IMG/VR virus record: IMGVR_UViG_3300026549_000029
Span: 192,001 to 256,000 of that record
From: a virus
Taxonomy: Duplodnaviria > Caudoviricetes
Reading direction: 5' to 3' (one strand)
Length of the DNA stretch: 64,000 nucleotides
The notes under the pieces were generated by a model. It saw nothing but the letters and a program-made list of their open reading frames with translations. It was not told where the DNA came from and made no database searches. Below are positions 9,305 to 19,198 of the stretch, in pieces. The first letter of the stretch is position 1. Each line of letters opens with the position of its first letter. The position numbers and the translations under genes were made by a program.

Positions 9305-10100
9305 TTTGTCTATATATTTCTGATACTATACCTACTAAATTTCTTATTATAGATAAATTTCTATTTATATCTACAGCATATTTCATTTCTTCAGATATAT
9401 CAGGTAGTTGAACAAATCTTGAAAATGTAGGAATTATATACATAGAGAAAGCATCAAAATTTCTATAATATTCTTTTCCCAATTCTCTATTTATAAATTT
9501 ATCATACATTATAGAAATATAACTCATAGTATCTTCTATTTTTTCTCTTTGTAATCTTCTACATATTTCACAAATAATATCTAATATTCCATATTCATGT
9601 AATATTAAATTATTATCTCCTATACCTTTAATATCGATATTTATATTGAATTCACCATTTATAAAATTATCTGAATAATATACCTCTAATTCTTGTAATT
9701 GCAAAAATATATTATATTCATTTTTAATTACAAATTTAAAAGGTGGAAATTCTGTATAAGGCAATAATTTACCTACAATAAATACTGCATCGTTTTTAAT
9801 AGATACTATATCTATATCTTCTAAATTATTAGATATAAATAATTTTCTTTTTGCTTCTTTAATACCTGTTTGAATATTAGTATAAATAGATCTATCTCTG
9901 GATATCATTTTTCCGATAATAACTTCTCTTTCTTTTTTATCCATATTATAGAATCTATCATATTCATCTTTAGATAATATTTTTTGATATAATAAAGCAT
10001 TTATATTTGCTTTAGATAAATCATATTCTCGTATATAAGTATTAATAAAATATTTTATTGGAGTTTTATAATTTATATTTCTCCATAATTCAGAAGCCAT
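9288..10100 (-). CDS. Minimal family-B DNA polymerase palm-like protein
   Basis: Motif A-like IREYDLSKAN and motif C-like IVSIKNDAVF in only 270 aa; no exonuclease domain. Confidence 0.6.
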   Translation of the reverse strand: MASELWRNINYKTPIKYFINTYIREYDLSKANINALLYQKILSKDEYDRFYNMDKKEREVIIGKMISRDRSIYTNIQTGIKEAKRKLFISNNLEDIDIVSIKNDAVFIVGKLLPYTEFPPFKFVIKNEYNIFLQLQELEVYYSDNFINGEFNINIDIKGIGDNNLILHEYGILDIICEICRRLQREKIEDTMSYISIMYDKFINRELGKEYYRNFDAFSMYIIPTFSRFVQLPDISEEMKYAVDINRNLSIIRNLVGIVSEIYRQKIRRG

Positions 10101-10110
10101 TATTCTTTAC

Positions 10111-10551
10111 CTATTTATTATTGACAGTGGATAATGCTCTATAAATTGAACTATTAATTCTATTACTAAAATCTCTATCCTCTGTAATAAGATTTGAAAA
10201 TGCCCTAGCATATGCTTGAGCAAATTGACCAATTAAGATTTCTTTTATATCTTCATTAAGAATTTTTATATATTTTTCTTTAACATCTTTCATTTCTTCT
10301 GAAAAATCTATTTGATTTATTATTTTCTTAAGTTCTAATGAAGGTCCTAAAGAACTAGGTCCACTATATCTGAAACTAGTTTCTGTAAAATAATTCTTAA
10401 TTACATCATCTTTCATAAGATATTCCTTAAGAATATCTTTTACAATTATTTTTAAATCTTCATCAGATACACTATGAATAATTTTATTAAGTTCTGTCCC
10501 AAGATCAGAAGATTTAAATAATTCATCATCAATATTCAACACAAGCTGCAT
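10111..10551 (-). CDS. Hypothetical protein
   Basis: 146-aa ORF with SD in a tightly packed operon. Confidence 0.7.
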   Translation of the reverse strand: MQLVLNIDDELFKSSDLGTELNKIIHSVSDEDLKIIVKDILKEYLMKDDVIKNYFTETSFRYSGPSSLGPSLELKKIINQIDFSEEMKDVKEKYIKILNEDIKEILIGQFAQAYARAFSNLITEDRDFSNRINSSIYRALSTVNNK

Positions 10552-10565
10552 AATTATTTTCTCCT

Positions 10566-10814
10566 TTATATATCATCATTTTCATCAGGTAATTCAATTA
10601 CTTCTACTAGCCTATTACATTCTGGACAATGATAAGAATAATTAATAGATCTTTTCTTAAAAAAGAATCCATATCTTGAAATAGTAATATTTAAATCTTT
10701 ATCATTATCTTTTACTTTAAATTTGCATTCACAATTTGGATTTTCACAAGTAAAATAAATAAACTTATTTCTTTTATCAGATAATTTACCATGCTCTATA
10801 ATCTCAGCAGGCAT
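10566..10814 (-). CDS. Small zinc-ribbon protein
   Basis: CENPNC...CPEC; SD GGAGG. Confidence 0.7.
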   Translation of the reverse strand: MPAEIIEHGKLSDKRNKFIYFTCENPNCECKFKVKDNDKDLNITISRYGFFFKKRSINYSYHCPECNRLVEVIELPDENDDI

Positions 10815-10816
10815 GA

Positions 10817-11317
10817 CTATATTCCTCCAGCTACAATTTTATTTTCTTCACATATTTGAAGAAATCTTTTTCTATCTTCATCAAATGTAACAATACCTTG
10901 TACTGTCATAAAATCACAGCCATCATGTGAAATATAAAAATAATCTTCAGGATCATTTATAATAGAATATTTAATATCATATCTAGTTTGAATCAATTTC
11001 ATAAATGATTCATTAACCATAGATATTCCATTATCATATGAATATTCTGATATACAGATATAGACTTTTTGTCCATTATAAATGCAATCTAAAATTGACA
11101 TTAATGAAGAACAAGCAATCGGATCATTTAATACATAATCATAATACCAAAGATCAAATTGATATTCATATCCTGTTGGATCTTGTGTCATACTAGTAGC
11201 ATAATTAGGAATCATTAATAAACCAGGCAATCTTTCGATTGCCTGATTCTGAGAAGATAAATTAAATACTGTAAAAGTATTATCTGGTATTGCTCTATAA
11301 GGACCAAATATTAACAT
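10817..11317 (-). CDS. Hypothetical protein, paralog of 11534..12244 (possible DUF488-like fold)
   Basis: FDLWYYDYV...NGQKVYICI...QTRYDI aligns with FIQAYNEYL...GGNILLNI...YTRYGI. Confidence 0.6.
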   Translation of the reverse strand: MLIFGPYRAIPDNTFTVFNLSSQNQAIERLPGLLMIPNYATSMTQDPTGYEYQFDLWYYDYVLNDPIACSSLMSILDCIYNGQKVYICISEYSYDNGISMVNESFMKLIQTRYDIKYSIINDPEDYFYISHDGCDFMTVQGIVTFDEDRKRFLQICEENKIVAGGI

Positions 11318-11523
11318 TCTATCTCCTTATCTTCATCATCTGCTGGTACACCATTAAGAAAATCTTCAATAACAAAAGCTATTTGATTAGGTGTAAATGA
11401 CAATTGTCTATAGAATTTACCATTAATAAATACATCACCAATAGCATCAATACGTACAGTAAATTCTATTGGACCTACAATCTTTTCTCTGTTTAAAAAG
11501 TTATCTTTAGTTTCATTATCCAT
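11311..11523 (-). CDS. Hypothetical protein
   Basis: Start moved to MDNETK, which has SD AAGGAG. Confidence 0.6.
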   Translation of the reverse strand: MDNETKDNFLNREKIVGPIEFTVRIDAIGDVFINGKFYRQLSFTPNQIAFVIEDFLNGVPADDEDKEIEC

Positions 11524-11533
11524 AGTAGTCTCC

Positions 11534-12244
11534 TTAATATTGATCAAAATATATAACTGGTTTAGTGATAGGAATACCAGTTGTTATATAAGCTTCCTTC
11601 ATAATTGTATATAATTCCATCGGATCATTATCTGGTCCAGAAAAGACCATAAGATCATCAACAATTTGATTATATAAAATTGGAGGAAATGTTGGATACG
11701 GATTAGTATTACAATTAATAAAATCGAATACATCTACCATCTTCTTTTGATATAACAAAGTTATGATAATGTCATCATATTTATCATCATATGCAAAATA
11801 ACTTTGATCCATTATTCCCATACTAATTCCATATCTTGTATAAAAGAACATCATTAAAGTATGAACCCAAATAGGTTCATCTTCTAAATAAGAGGGAATA
11901 TTTAATAAAATATTCCCTCCAATATGCATAAAATACAGCATAGTAGCTATGAATTCTTGAACAGAATCATCATACTCAAGATATTCATTATAAGCTTGGA
12001 TAAATCCTTCTTGATCTCCATCAATTTCTTTATACATCGCTAATGGAGGTGGACATAATAAAGTAGCTTTCATGGCTTTATCTGGAAACATCTGTTCAAG
12101 TTCATCAGAAGTTTCATCCATATCCATGCATAAAATTCTATTAGGTCCAGGCCCAGCTTTTGGTGGAAAATATATAGCAAGATTATGCTTAGTTGTTTCT
12201 ATATGATTTGCATCCATTAAATAGATACTTCCTAAGATAGTCAT
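11534..12244 (-). CDS. Hypothetical protein (possible DUF488-like fold)
   Basis: LLCPP...FIQAYNEYL...GGNILL pattern. Confidence 0.6.
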   Translation of the reverse strand: MTILGSIYLMDANHIETTKHNLAIYFPPKAGPGPNRILCMDMDETSDELEQMFPDKAMKATLLCPPPLAMYKEIDGDQEGFIQAYNEYLEYDDSVQEFIATMLYFMHIGGNILLNIPSYLEDEPIWVHTLMMFFYTRYGISMGIMDQSYFAYDDKYDDIIITLLYQKKMVDVFDFINCNTNPYPTFPPILYNQIVDDLMVFSGPDNDPMELYTIMKEAYITTGIPITKPVIYFDQY

Positions 12245-12323
12245 AATGTTCTTCCCTCTTAAATATTCTATAGTGATTAATAATCATGTTTATCGAGATA
12301 TCTCCTTTTAATATTTATCACTA

Positions 12324-14510
12324 TTATAATACATCAATGACAGAAGGTTTGCTTACTGATTTCTTAAGAGCATCTATAATAGCTGCATCATCATCTTCTT
12401 CATAAGGAATATTTGAAGTATCTACAGAGGTAGATTTACTTTTTCCAGATTCTTCATTAGAATCAGAAGAAGATTCTTCTTCATCTTCATAATATTCTTC
12501 ATCGTCATAGAGATAAGAAATATTTCCTTCTTCATCTATATCAATACTATATAATTTTCCTTCATAGGTTCCATAAAGATCATACAAAGATCTATCAATA
12601 ATTGCAAGGTTTTCAATATATTCAGTATGATTTTGATTTTCGAAGTCATTTCCTCCAGTATAAATAGCATAAATTATAGAATCTTCATAAATAGATTCAT
12701 TAGGAAATTCTCCAACAAATCTTACTTCATAATATTCTTTATCATCATCTTCTTCAGAAGTAATTTCTTGATCTACTTCTTCAGTTTCTTTTTTAGTTTC
12801 TTCCTCTTCTACTTTATCTTCAATAAGATTAGTGGATTCAGTAGATACTTCAACTTCTGTAGTTACTATAGGAGAAACTGACTTAATTATTTCTACTGCT
12901 GCATTATAAGTATCAGTAATCTTTTTAGATTCCTCCTCAGTAAGAGAATTAATAATATCCTGTTTCTCTTCTTCAGGAGCAGTAGAAGTAATTACTTCTT
13001 CTTCAATAGGCTTTTTAGTAGTTTCTGATGCAGAATCTGTAGTAATAACTACTTCTTCCTTAATAGGTTCAACTATAGTAGTAGATTTAGCACTAAATTT
13101 CTTTACTTCAGATTCAGGAATAGAGATTTTCTTTACTTTAATTACACTAGGTTTAATGGTATCATCTTTTTTAGTATTAATATCATTTGCAGAACTAGTA
13201 TTAATATTAGTATTTCCTACAATCTTGTTTACTACTACATCAGGTTTATTTCTAACTACAGTAGATTTTTTATTATCTACATAGCTACCTACATTTCTAA
13301 CCTTTTTATTCTTAAACTGGTTAGAATCATTAGGTTTAATCTTTCTCTTTACTTTGATAAGCTTAGGATCAATAGCACTAGGCTTATCATCAGATTTTGG
13401 AGGGGTCTCATATCTAAGATCAATACCTACATATTTAACTACTTCTTTTTCAGTAGTATTATTAGTCTGCTGCTGATTAGTAGTATTTCCTTTAGCTTTA
13501 ATAATAATAGTACTTCCATCTACACTAAAAGGATTTTCTGTATGTTCAAGAGTAGTTACTTTCTTAACCTTAATAAGTTTAGCAGGACGTACTTTATATT
13601 TATCTTCAGTCTTAACATACTTAGGTTTATTACGTTCTTTTCTTGTAAGATAATCTACTTCACTACCAGTTTCGATAGTTTTGATAATCTTATCCCCTCT
13701 CTTAAGACTAAATTTCATTCTTGCTTCTCCTTTCCTTCTTGTTATACTAGCTCCACTTTCTGGAGTTTTTGCTAAATCTCCTGCTCTATAAATTCTACCA
13801 CATTTTGTGCATCGTATTTCATCAAATGTTTTAGTATAATCTATCTCTCCATTACAGATAGTTCCATCATCTAATATATTCTTACAGGTCAACTTAGAAC
13901 CATCAATCTCATACATATATGGAAAGTCTAATATAACTAATCCTTTTCCTTTCCATATACCATAATTCATGAAATACTTTGCTCCAATATCATCAAATAC
14001 ATGTTTACCATCAACTAATACTTCCATTAGCAATATATAATCATCCAATACACTTAAAAATTCTTCTTCACTAGTAATCTTTTCAACTCTCTGAAAAGAA
14101 GCAATAGTTCCACATGGGGAACATTGAAATACCTTTGTACAAAAAGGTTTTAATAATTTCTGATTATAATATTCTGAAGGATTATCTCTAATACCTACAG
14201 CATCTACTGCTACTTTAAACACCATATTTGGTGCCATTGGATGTATATAAACTAGTCGATTGGTTCCTCCAGCAAATTTAGTAAAATTTCTAAATTTCAT
14301 TATCTCATCTATTTTAGAGATCCTTAGTCTGGAATTTCCAGAATATCTTGCTGAAGTAATTATTCCATGTATATAATCAATATCTTCTTGTGTGACAAGC
14401 TGATATAAATCAACATCTGGAGTTAATTGTTCCCATTCAAATTCCATTGGAGTAGTAGTACCAGTGAATAATAATCTTTCAAGAATATTCACTCTTTCTG
14501 ATTCTTTCAT
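12324..14510 (-). CDS. Atypical Ser/Thr protein kinase with zinc finger and long disordered basic-then-acidic tail
   Basis: Gly loop FAGGTNRLVY, VFKVA lysine, helix-C Glu (NPSE), catalytic DIGAKYFMN, VILDF, followed by C-x9-C...CTKC. Confidence 0.75.
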   Translation of the reverse strand: MKESERVNILERLLFTGTTTPMEFEWEQLTPDVDLYQLVTQEDIDYIHGIITSARYSGNSRLRISKIDEIMKFRNFTKFAGGTNRLVYIHPMAPNMVFKVAVDAVGIRDNPSEYYNQKLLKPFCTKVFQCSPCGTIASFQRVEKITSEEEFLSVLDDYILLMEVLVDGKHVFDDIGAKYFMNYGIWKGKGLVILDFPYMYEIDGSKLTCKNILDDGTICNGEIDYTKTFDEIRCTKCGRIYRAGDLAKTPESGASITRRKGEARMKFSLKRGDKIIKTIETGSEVDYLTRKERNKPKYVKTEDKYKVRPAKLIKVKKVTTLEHTENPFSVDGSTIIIKAKGNTTNQQQTNNTTEKEVVKYVGIDLRYETPPKSDDKPSAIDPKLIKVKRKIKPNDSNQFKNKKVRNVGSYVDNKKSTVVRNKPDVVVNKIVGNTNINTSSANDINTKKDDTIKPSVIKVKKISIPESEVKKFSAKSTTIVEPIKEEVVITTDSASETTKKPIEEEVITSTAPEEEKQDIINSLTEEESKKITDTYNAAVEIIKSVSPIVTTEVEVSTESTNLIEDKVEEEETKKETEEVDQEITSEEDDDKEYYEVRFVGEFPNESIYEDSIIYAIYTGGNDFENQNHTEYIENLAIIDRSLYDLYGTYEGKLYSIDIDEEGNISYLYDDEEYYEDEEESSSDSNEESGKSKSTSVDTSNIPYEEDDDAAIIDALKKSVSKPSVIDVL

Positions 14511-16378
14511 GCTTGTTTATACTCCATTTGAATATGATTTGGATTTTGATTGAATCTCTTTTGTATAATTTCTCTCATCTCTTTTAATCTTTTTTCAAGA
14601 TCATTATCACTATAAGCAGAAACATTTAACTGTTTATTCTTTCCTGCTTCTATCATTATTCCATCAGGACCTATACTCCTATTACTTGGAGGAGTTTGTC
14701 TAAGTTCGCTAAAATTTATCATAAGAGATTCAGGATGATCTGGTGGTGTAAAAGGTATACCAGCTCTATTTTGTTCATAAGCAGATTTAAAAGCTTCTTC
14801 TAAAGTTAATACCTCCATATCTTTATTTTCTGGTATAACAGTTTCAGTATTAATAAAATTTACTTTACCAATTTTTCTATCTATAGCATTTTTATAACTC
14901 TTAGAATTATACTTTAATTTGCCATTTCGTTTCATTTGTCTCATCTCTTGTACCTTATTACTAGATACAATATTATGAGCATTAGTCAGATATGTAGATA
15001 AATCATAAGATTCACCAGGCTTTACTCCTAATGCTGCATCATGAGATTCTTTGATCTTCCACTTCATCATATTTCTGAAGACATTAAATTGATACATCTG
15101 ACGATCAAAGTTTTCAACTTGAATAGCAAGATTATTAGTTTCCATAATTCTTATATTTTCATAATATGTTTTCTTCTCCTCTTCTGTTGCACTATAGATA
15201 TTAAAAGGTTTAGGCTGATTAGCAGCAAAAGCTTCTCTAGCTTTATTATATTCTCTTAAAGGATCAAATCTTTCTTTTACTTCTTGTTCATCAAATTTTT
15301 CATTATTATAAGCATGAACAATTCTAGATATATTAGCAAAATGATTTATATAATTATTTCTAGCAGCTTCTGCAGCTTCTTGCATCTGCTGATTTGCAGC
15401 ATAATAATTATTAAATATAGGTCTACCATAATAATCTCTGCCTATTACTACAGCTCTATTATTATGATTAATTTTTTCTCTTTCCTCATCAGTAAGAACA
15501 ATCCCTTCAAGCATTTCACTTACATCTATAGGACTATTCTTATAAGGTTCATCACTATAGAGAACATCTCTGAGATAATCATCAAACTCATTCATAGCAT
15601 ATCCATGTACACCATATAATGAAGTATTATTCATATTGGCAATATAATTATTACCAAATCCTTGGTGTATAGGAAACTGCTGAAGAGGCTGTTGAGGAAT
15701 CATTGTAGGCTGAGGATAGAAAGGAGTCTGCCCATTAGGATAAGAATAAGTTCCAGTATTAGCATTATATTCAGCTTTAGGATCTCTATATCCAATTACA
15801 TTATTAGGCTGACCAGGATTAATTGTATTAGTATTTATACCAATATTATTTCTAGATTCAAAAGATGGACTTTTTACAGTTTCTACAGATATTTCTCCTG
15901 TAGCAGGATTATATCCACCACCTTTTTTGAGAATAGCACCAGAATTCATATCAAGTCTATCTATAGTACCATCTCCTTTTTCTAATTCAATATAACCAGT
16001 TTTCTGTCCAGGTACATAAGGAGAATATATCCCCTTGCTGTAAGGCTCTAAAGGATTATCTGGACCAGCTTTTAAGGGCTTATCATTTGTAATAAACTGA
16101 TAAGTTTCATTATCAAAATATCCACCATTTTGCTGCATCTCTAATTGCTGCTGTGGTGTAGGCATAGGCGGAGAATACATACTATTCATAGTATTAGGAA
16201 TAGTATTATACATCATAGGTTGCTGCATAACAGGCTGTTGATACTGTTGATACATATTATATCCAAAAGTTGTAATTTGTGGTGGATATCCATTAGGATA
16301 TCCACCATTAGTATTATTAGATTCATAGCCATTATTATATATAGGCTGTGTATTTTCATAATTAATAGGTGCTAACAT
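14507..16378 (-). CDS. Protein with N-terminal Q/N/P/Y/M-rich prion-like domain
   Basis: YNMYQQYQQPVMQQPMMYN..., PTPQQQLEMQQNGGY. Its stop overlaps the kinase start (ATGA). Confidence 0.75.
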   Translation of the reverse strand: MLAPINYENTQPIYNNGYESNNTNGGYPNGYPPQITTFGYNMYQQYQQPVMQQPMMYNTIPNTMNSMYSPPMPTPQQQLEMQQNGGYFDNETYQFITNDKPLKAGPDNPLEPYSKGIYSPYVPGQKTGYIELEKGDGTIDRLDMNSGAILKKGGGYNPATGEISVETVKSPSFESRNNIGINTNTINPGQPNNVIGYRDPKAEYNANTGTYSYPNGQTPFYPQPTMIPQQPLQQFPIHQGFGNNYIANMNNTSLYGVHGYAMNEFDDYLRDVLYSDEPYKNSPIDVSEMLEGIVLTDEEREKINHNNRAVVIGRDYYGRPIFNNYYAANQQMQEAAEAARNNYINHFANISRIVHAYNNEKFDEQEVKERFDPLREYNKAREAFAANQPKPFNIYSATEEEKKTYYENIRIMETNNLAIQVENFDRQMYQFNVFRNMMKWKIKESHDAALGVKPGESYDLSTYLTNAHNIVSSNKVQEMRQMKRNGKLKYNSKSYKNAIDRKIGKVNFINTETVIPENKDMEVLTLEEAFKSAYEQNRAGIPFTPPDHPESLMINFSELRQTPPSNRSIGPDGIMIEAGKNKQLNVSAYSDNDLEKRLKEMREIIQKRFNQNPNHIQMEYKQA

Positions 16379-16469
16379 ATTTTATTTTCTCCTTTAATAT
16401 TATAAATATAATTTTTCTCCTTTTTTAAAAGTTATAAGATTTATAATTTTTAATTCCAGATTCTATTTA

Positions 16470-16486
16470 ATCATATTTATAATATT
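16470..16486 (-). promoter_or_regulatory. Putative early promoter
   Basis: AATATTATAAATATGAT, a variant of the 17-mer. Confidence 0.5.
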
Positions 16487-16501
16487 TATCTGATTCTAAT
16501 T

Positions 16502-17380
16502 TTAGCTAAGCTTAGTTGGATAGTCAAAATTAGGAATAGAAACTCCTAATTTTTTAGACAGAAACTCAGCAGGATTATAAAGAATATCAAAGTTTTCAAT
16601 AATATTATTAGAGAAAGTGCTAGCCTCATATGTAAATCCAAGCATCATAGAGCTAAACTCATCTTCAAGGAAACTAAACATTTCTAATACAATACCGTTT
16701 CCATTTCTTGTAACTTCTTCACTTTCACATAAAGTAGTAAGTTCATTTCTAAGATTATTATAAATCTTAACTCCACAAGAATTTACATAAGAAACAGCAA
16801 AACTCATTACATTATCATACATATCTACTTTAGTTTTAGGATTAGTAGAAATATAAGCAACAATAGCTCTTGCTAATGATTCTCTATCAATAAAATGATA
16901 TCCAGCACTAAAAGAAAAATAACTGATAAAACGAGAATCTACAGTATTTTCTTTTGAATAGTCGCTACCATCCATAATCCTTTTGATAAAAGGTTTAAAT
17001 TTATTATTAAGCTCATTAATCTTGACAGAATACAGATTATCTAAAGTAAGCATAAAGTTATCAATACACATACACATAGTAGTAGATACAATCATGCTAA
17101 GTGTATTAAGATCAAATCTCAAAGTATCAGAATTAACATCCTGAAGAATAAGATCAGAAGTTTTAATTCCAATAGTTGCAAATACATTGTAAATATTATT
17201 AGGAATATTTACAACTCCATTAGGTGTATAAAGATTAAAATCATCATATCTAATAGCAATATTAGGAAGCTTAATTACATTGTTATTAATTACATCAGTA
17301 TTGGGTGCAGTTACTGCTTTAGATTTACAATCTTCACAGTTACAATTCTGAATGTGAATAGGTCTGATTTTGTTATCCAT
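16502..17380 (-). CDS. Hypothetical protein
   Basis: 292-aa ORF with SD AAGGAG and an N-terminal HxxxCxCxxC cluster. Confidence 0.75.
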   Translation of the reverse strand: MDNKIRPIHIQNCNCEDCKSKAVTAPNTDVINNNVIKLPNIAIRYDDFNLYTPNGVVNIPNNIYNVFATIGIKTSDLILQDVNSDTLRFDLNTLSMIVSTTMCMCIDNFMLTLDNLYSVKINELNNKFKPFIKRIMDGSDYSKENTVDSRFISYFSFSAGYHFIDRESLARAIVAYISTNPKTKVDMYDNVMSFAVSYVNSCGVKIYNNLRNELTTLCESEEVTRNGNGIVLEMFSFLEDEFSSMMLGFTYEASTFSNNIIENFDILYNPAEFLSKKLGVSIPNFDYPTKLS

Positions 17381-17404
17381 TTTTATTTTCTCCTTTTTTG
17401 TTAT

Positions 17405-17620
17405 TTATTTAAGATTTTTTAATATACAAATTATAATTATTGTACAAATTATAATACTAACTGCTATTGTATGTATTTTTAAAAAATCAGTAATAGTAGT
17501 TGGATATTTTTTATTTTTAAAAATATATATTTGTAGTATAATTCCATAAATAATTAAAGTATATATTATACTAATTATAAGCGATATAATCATACTAAGT
17601 ATAAGTAGTATAGGATTCAT
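17405..17620 (-). CDS. Small membrane protein
   Basis: Two hydrophobic segments; ATGA coupling to the upstream gene. Confidence 0.55.
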   Translation of the reverse strand: MNPILLILSMIISLIISIIYTLIIYGIILQIYIFKNKKYPTTITDFLKIHTIAVSIIICTIIIICILKNLK

Positions 17621-17889
17621 TTTTTATTTTCATTTCCTTTATAATTAGCATCAAGAATAGATTCATAAAGTCCTTCATATTCATCCATATCAAGATTATA
17701 ATGATTCTTAAAAATAATTTTAAAAGCAATATATTGTTTAGCCATAATTTTTCGTATATTAATATTTTCATCTAATACATTATACAAAGTTCTACTCATA
17801 TCAGCTTGAATAGCAATAAGAATACCAACAAGTATACCTATAGCAATTAATGCTGCTACAGCAAACTCAACAACTATTTTTACATCCAT
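17617..17889 (-). CDS. Membrane-anchored hypothetical protein
   Basis: N-terminal TM helix; SD AAGGA. Confidence 0.65.
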   Translation of the reverse strand: MDVKIVVEFAVAALIAIGILVGILIAIQADMSRTLYNVLDENINIRKIMAKQYIAFKIIFKNHYNLDMDEYEGLYESILDANYKGNENKK

Positions 17890-17934
17890 AATTATAAATT
17901 CCTTTCTTAAAAACTTATTATTTATAAAGTAGCT

Positions 17935-18384
17935 TCAAATTTCATAACTTAATAAATTTATTAATTTATGCACTTCATATTCTGAAAATGTAATAGTATT
18001 ATTATCTATATTATTTAATACAGATATTTGAATGAAATTATTAGGTAATTTAAATAAAGATATAATACTTGGAGTCATCATATCATTTGAATAAACATCT
18101 TTTATTGTTAATAGTAATATTTTATTATTTGTTTGTTTTTCATTTTGCAATAATTGTAATAAACCATATTTTAATTTATAACAAGTATCAGTAGAAAATT
18201 TTAAATTCAATACTTTAACTCCAGTTATATTATCATAAAATGATAAATTATGTAATAATGTTGTTATAAATCTTCTTTCAGGAATTGTATCATCATAATC
18301 ATAATCTGTTATTTTAGTAGGCATATCTATATTATAAATTAAATTATAATTTATTAGTTTTAATTTATAAATTTTATTACTCAC
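17935..18384 (-). CDS. Hypothetical protein
   Basis: 149 aa; GTG start overlapping the RNase H stop, SD AGGAG. Confidence 0.6.
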   Translation of the reverse strand: MSNKIYKLKLINYNLIYNIDMPTKITDYDYDDTIPERRFITTLLHNLSFYDNITGVKVLNLKFSTDTCYKLKYGLLQLLQNEKQTNNKILLLTIKDVYSNDMMTPSIISLFKLPNNFIQISVLNNIDNNTITFSEYEVHKLINLLSYEI

Positions 18385-19087
18385 AATTATCTCCTTTTAC
18401 AAGTTTATAATACTGGTCAGTATTAAAATTTGCATATCCTATAGATAATACTAGTTTCAAATTATCAGTAAAATATATTGGATTAGTTATATTTTTATAA
18501 AGCATATCTGTAGAATATTTATCTACAAAATTATTATAATTTGATATCATGTAAATAAGTGCATCATCTACATATTCATTTATATTATTAGATGATTTAA
18601 AAACTTTTCTAGCATATATTGCATCTTCATAAGATTTTTTAACATGTCCTTTTACATGATAGAGTTCAATGGGCGTATCATTAGATAAAATATAATATAC
18701 TATATCCATAATATAATCTTGATTTTTAATAAATCCATTATCTCCTAGAATATTTTTCCCTTCATTAGTTTGTCTAACCCATTTAAATATTCTATCTCTA
18801 ATTCCAAATATTGACACCTGTGAATCTGAGAATAATCTAATATGTTTAAAATTTCTGTAAAAATAAGATTTCATAATTCCTAATAGAATAGCATATAATT
18901 CTCCTTGTTGAGTCGTAGAATTATGTAAAATATAAAAATCTTGATAAACTAATTTTGTACCAATATAAATACATATAGCAGGAGCTGTAACTCCTATAGC
19001 GATATTTTTATCTTTTGACATATTTTTAAAACTAGAATCTGTAAAAATACAAACTGATTCGTTATTAAATAAATCTTGTACAGTCAT
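18377..19087 (-). CDS. rnhA: Ribonuclease HI
   Basis: IFTDSS, TTQQGELYAI, FSDSQ, HVKGH and NNFVD form the RNase HI catalytic motifs. Confidence 0.9.
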   Translation of the reverse strand: MTVQDLFNNESVCIFTDSSFKNMSKDKNIAIGVTAPAICIYIGTKLVYQDFYILHNSTTQQGELYAILLGIMKSYFYRNFKHIRLFSDSQVSIFGIRDRIFKWVRQTNEGKNILGDNGFIKNQDYIMDIVYYILSNDTPIELYHVKGHVKKSYEDAIYARKVFKSSNNINEYVDDALIYMISNYNNFVDKYSTDMLYKNITNPIYFTDNLKLVLSIGYANFNTDQYYKLVKGDNCE

Positions 19088-19101
19088 TTTATTAAATACC
19101 T

Positions 19102-19146
19102 TTCAATATTATAATATCTATTAGTAAAAGATTTTAGTTATCTGTT
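19102..19146 (-). promoter_or_regulatory. Tandem late-type (19135-19146) and early-type (19102-19118) promoters for RNase H
   Basis: AACAGATAACTA and GATATTATAATATTGAA on the minus strand. Confidence 0.5.
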
Positions 19147-19169
19147 AAAAATAATATAAAAAATAAAAT

Positions 19170-19198
19170 AAGAGAAGAGAGTTAGTCTCTCTTCTCTT
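19170..19198 (-). terminator. Intrinsic terminator
   Basis: AAGAGAAGAGAG-ttagt-CTCTCTTCTCTT. Confidence 0.7.

Noticed and set aside
12279-12291. Late promoter upstream of 11534..12244 (AACATGATTATTA, minus)
   Set aside because: The spacing is N7 rather than N6, so it was left out of the motif set, although it may be a variant.
14507-16378. Chimallin (nuclear shell protein), suggested by the ~620-aa size
   Set aside because: The composition is low-complexity and I recognise no chimallin features; size alone is not evidence.
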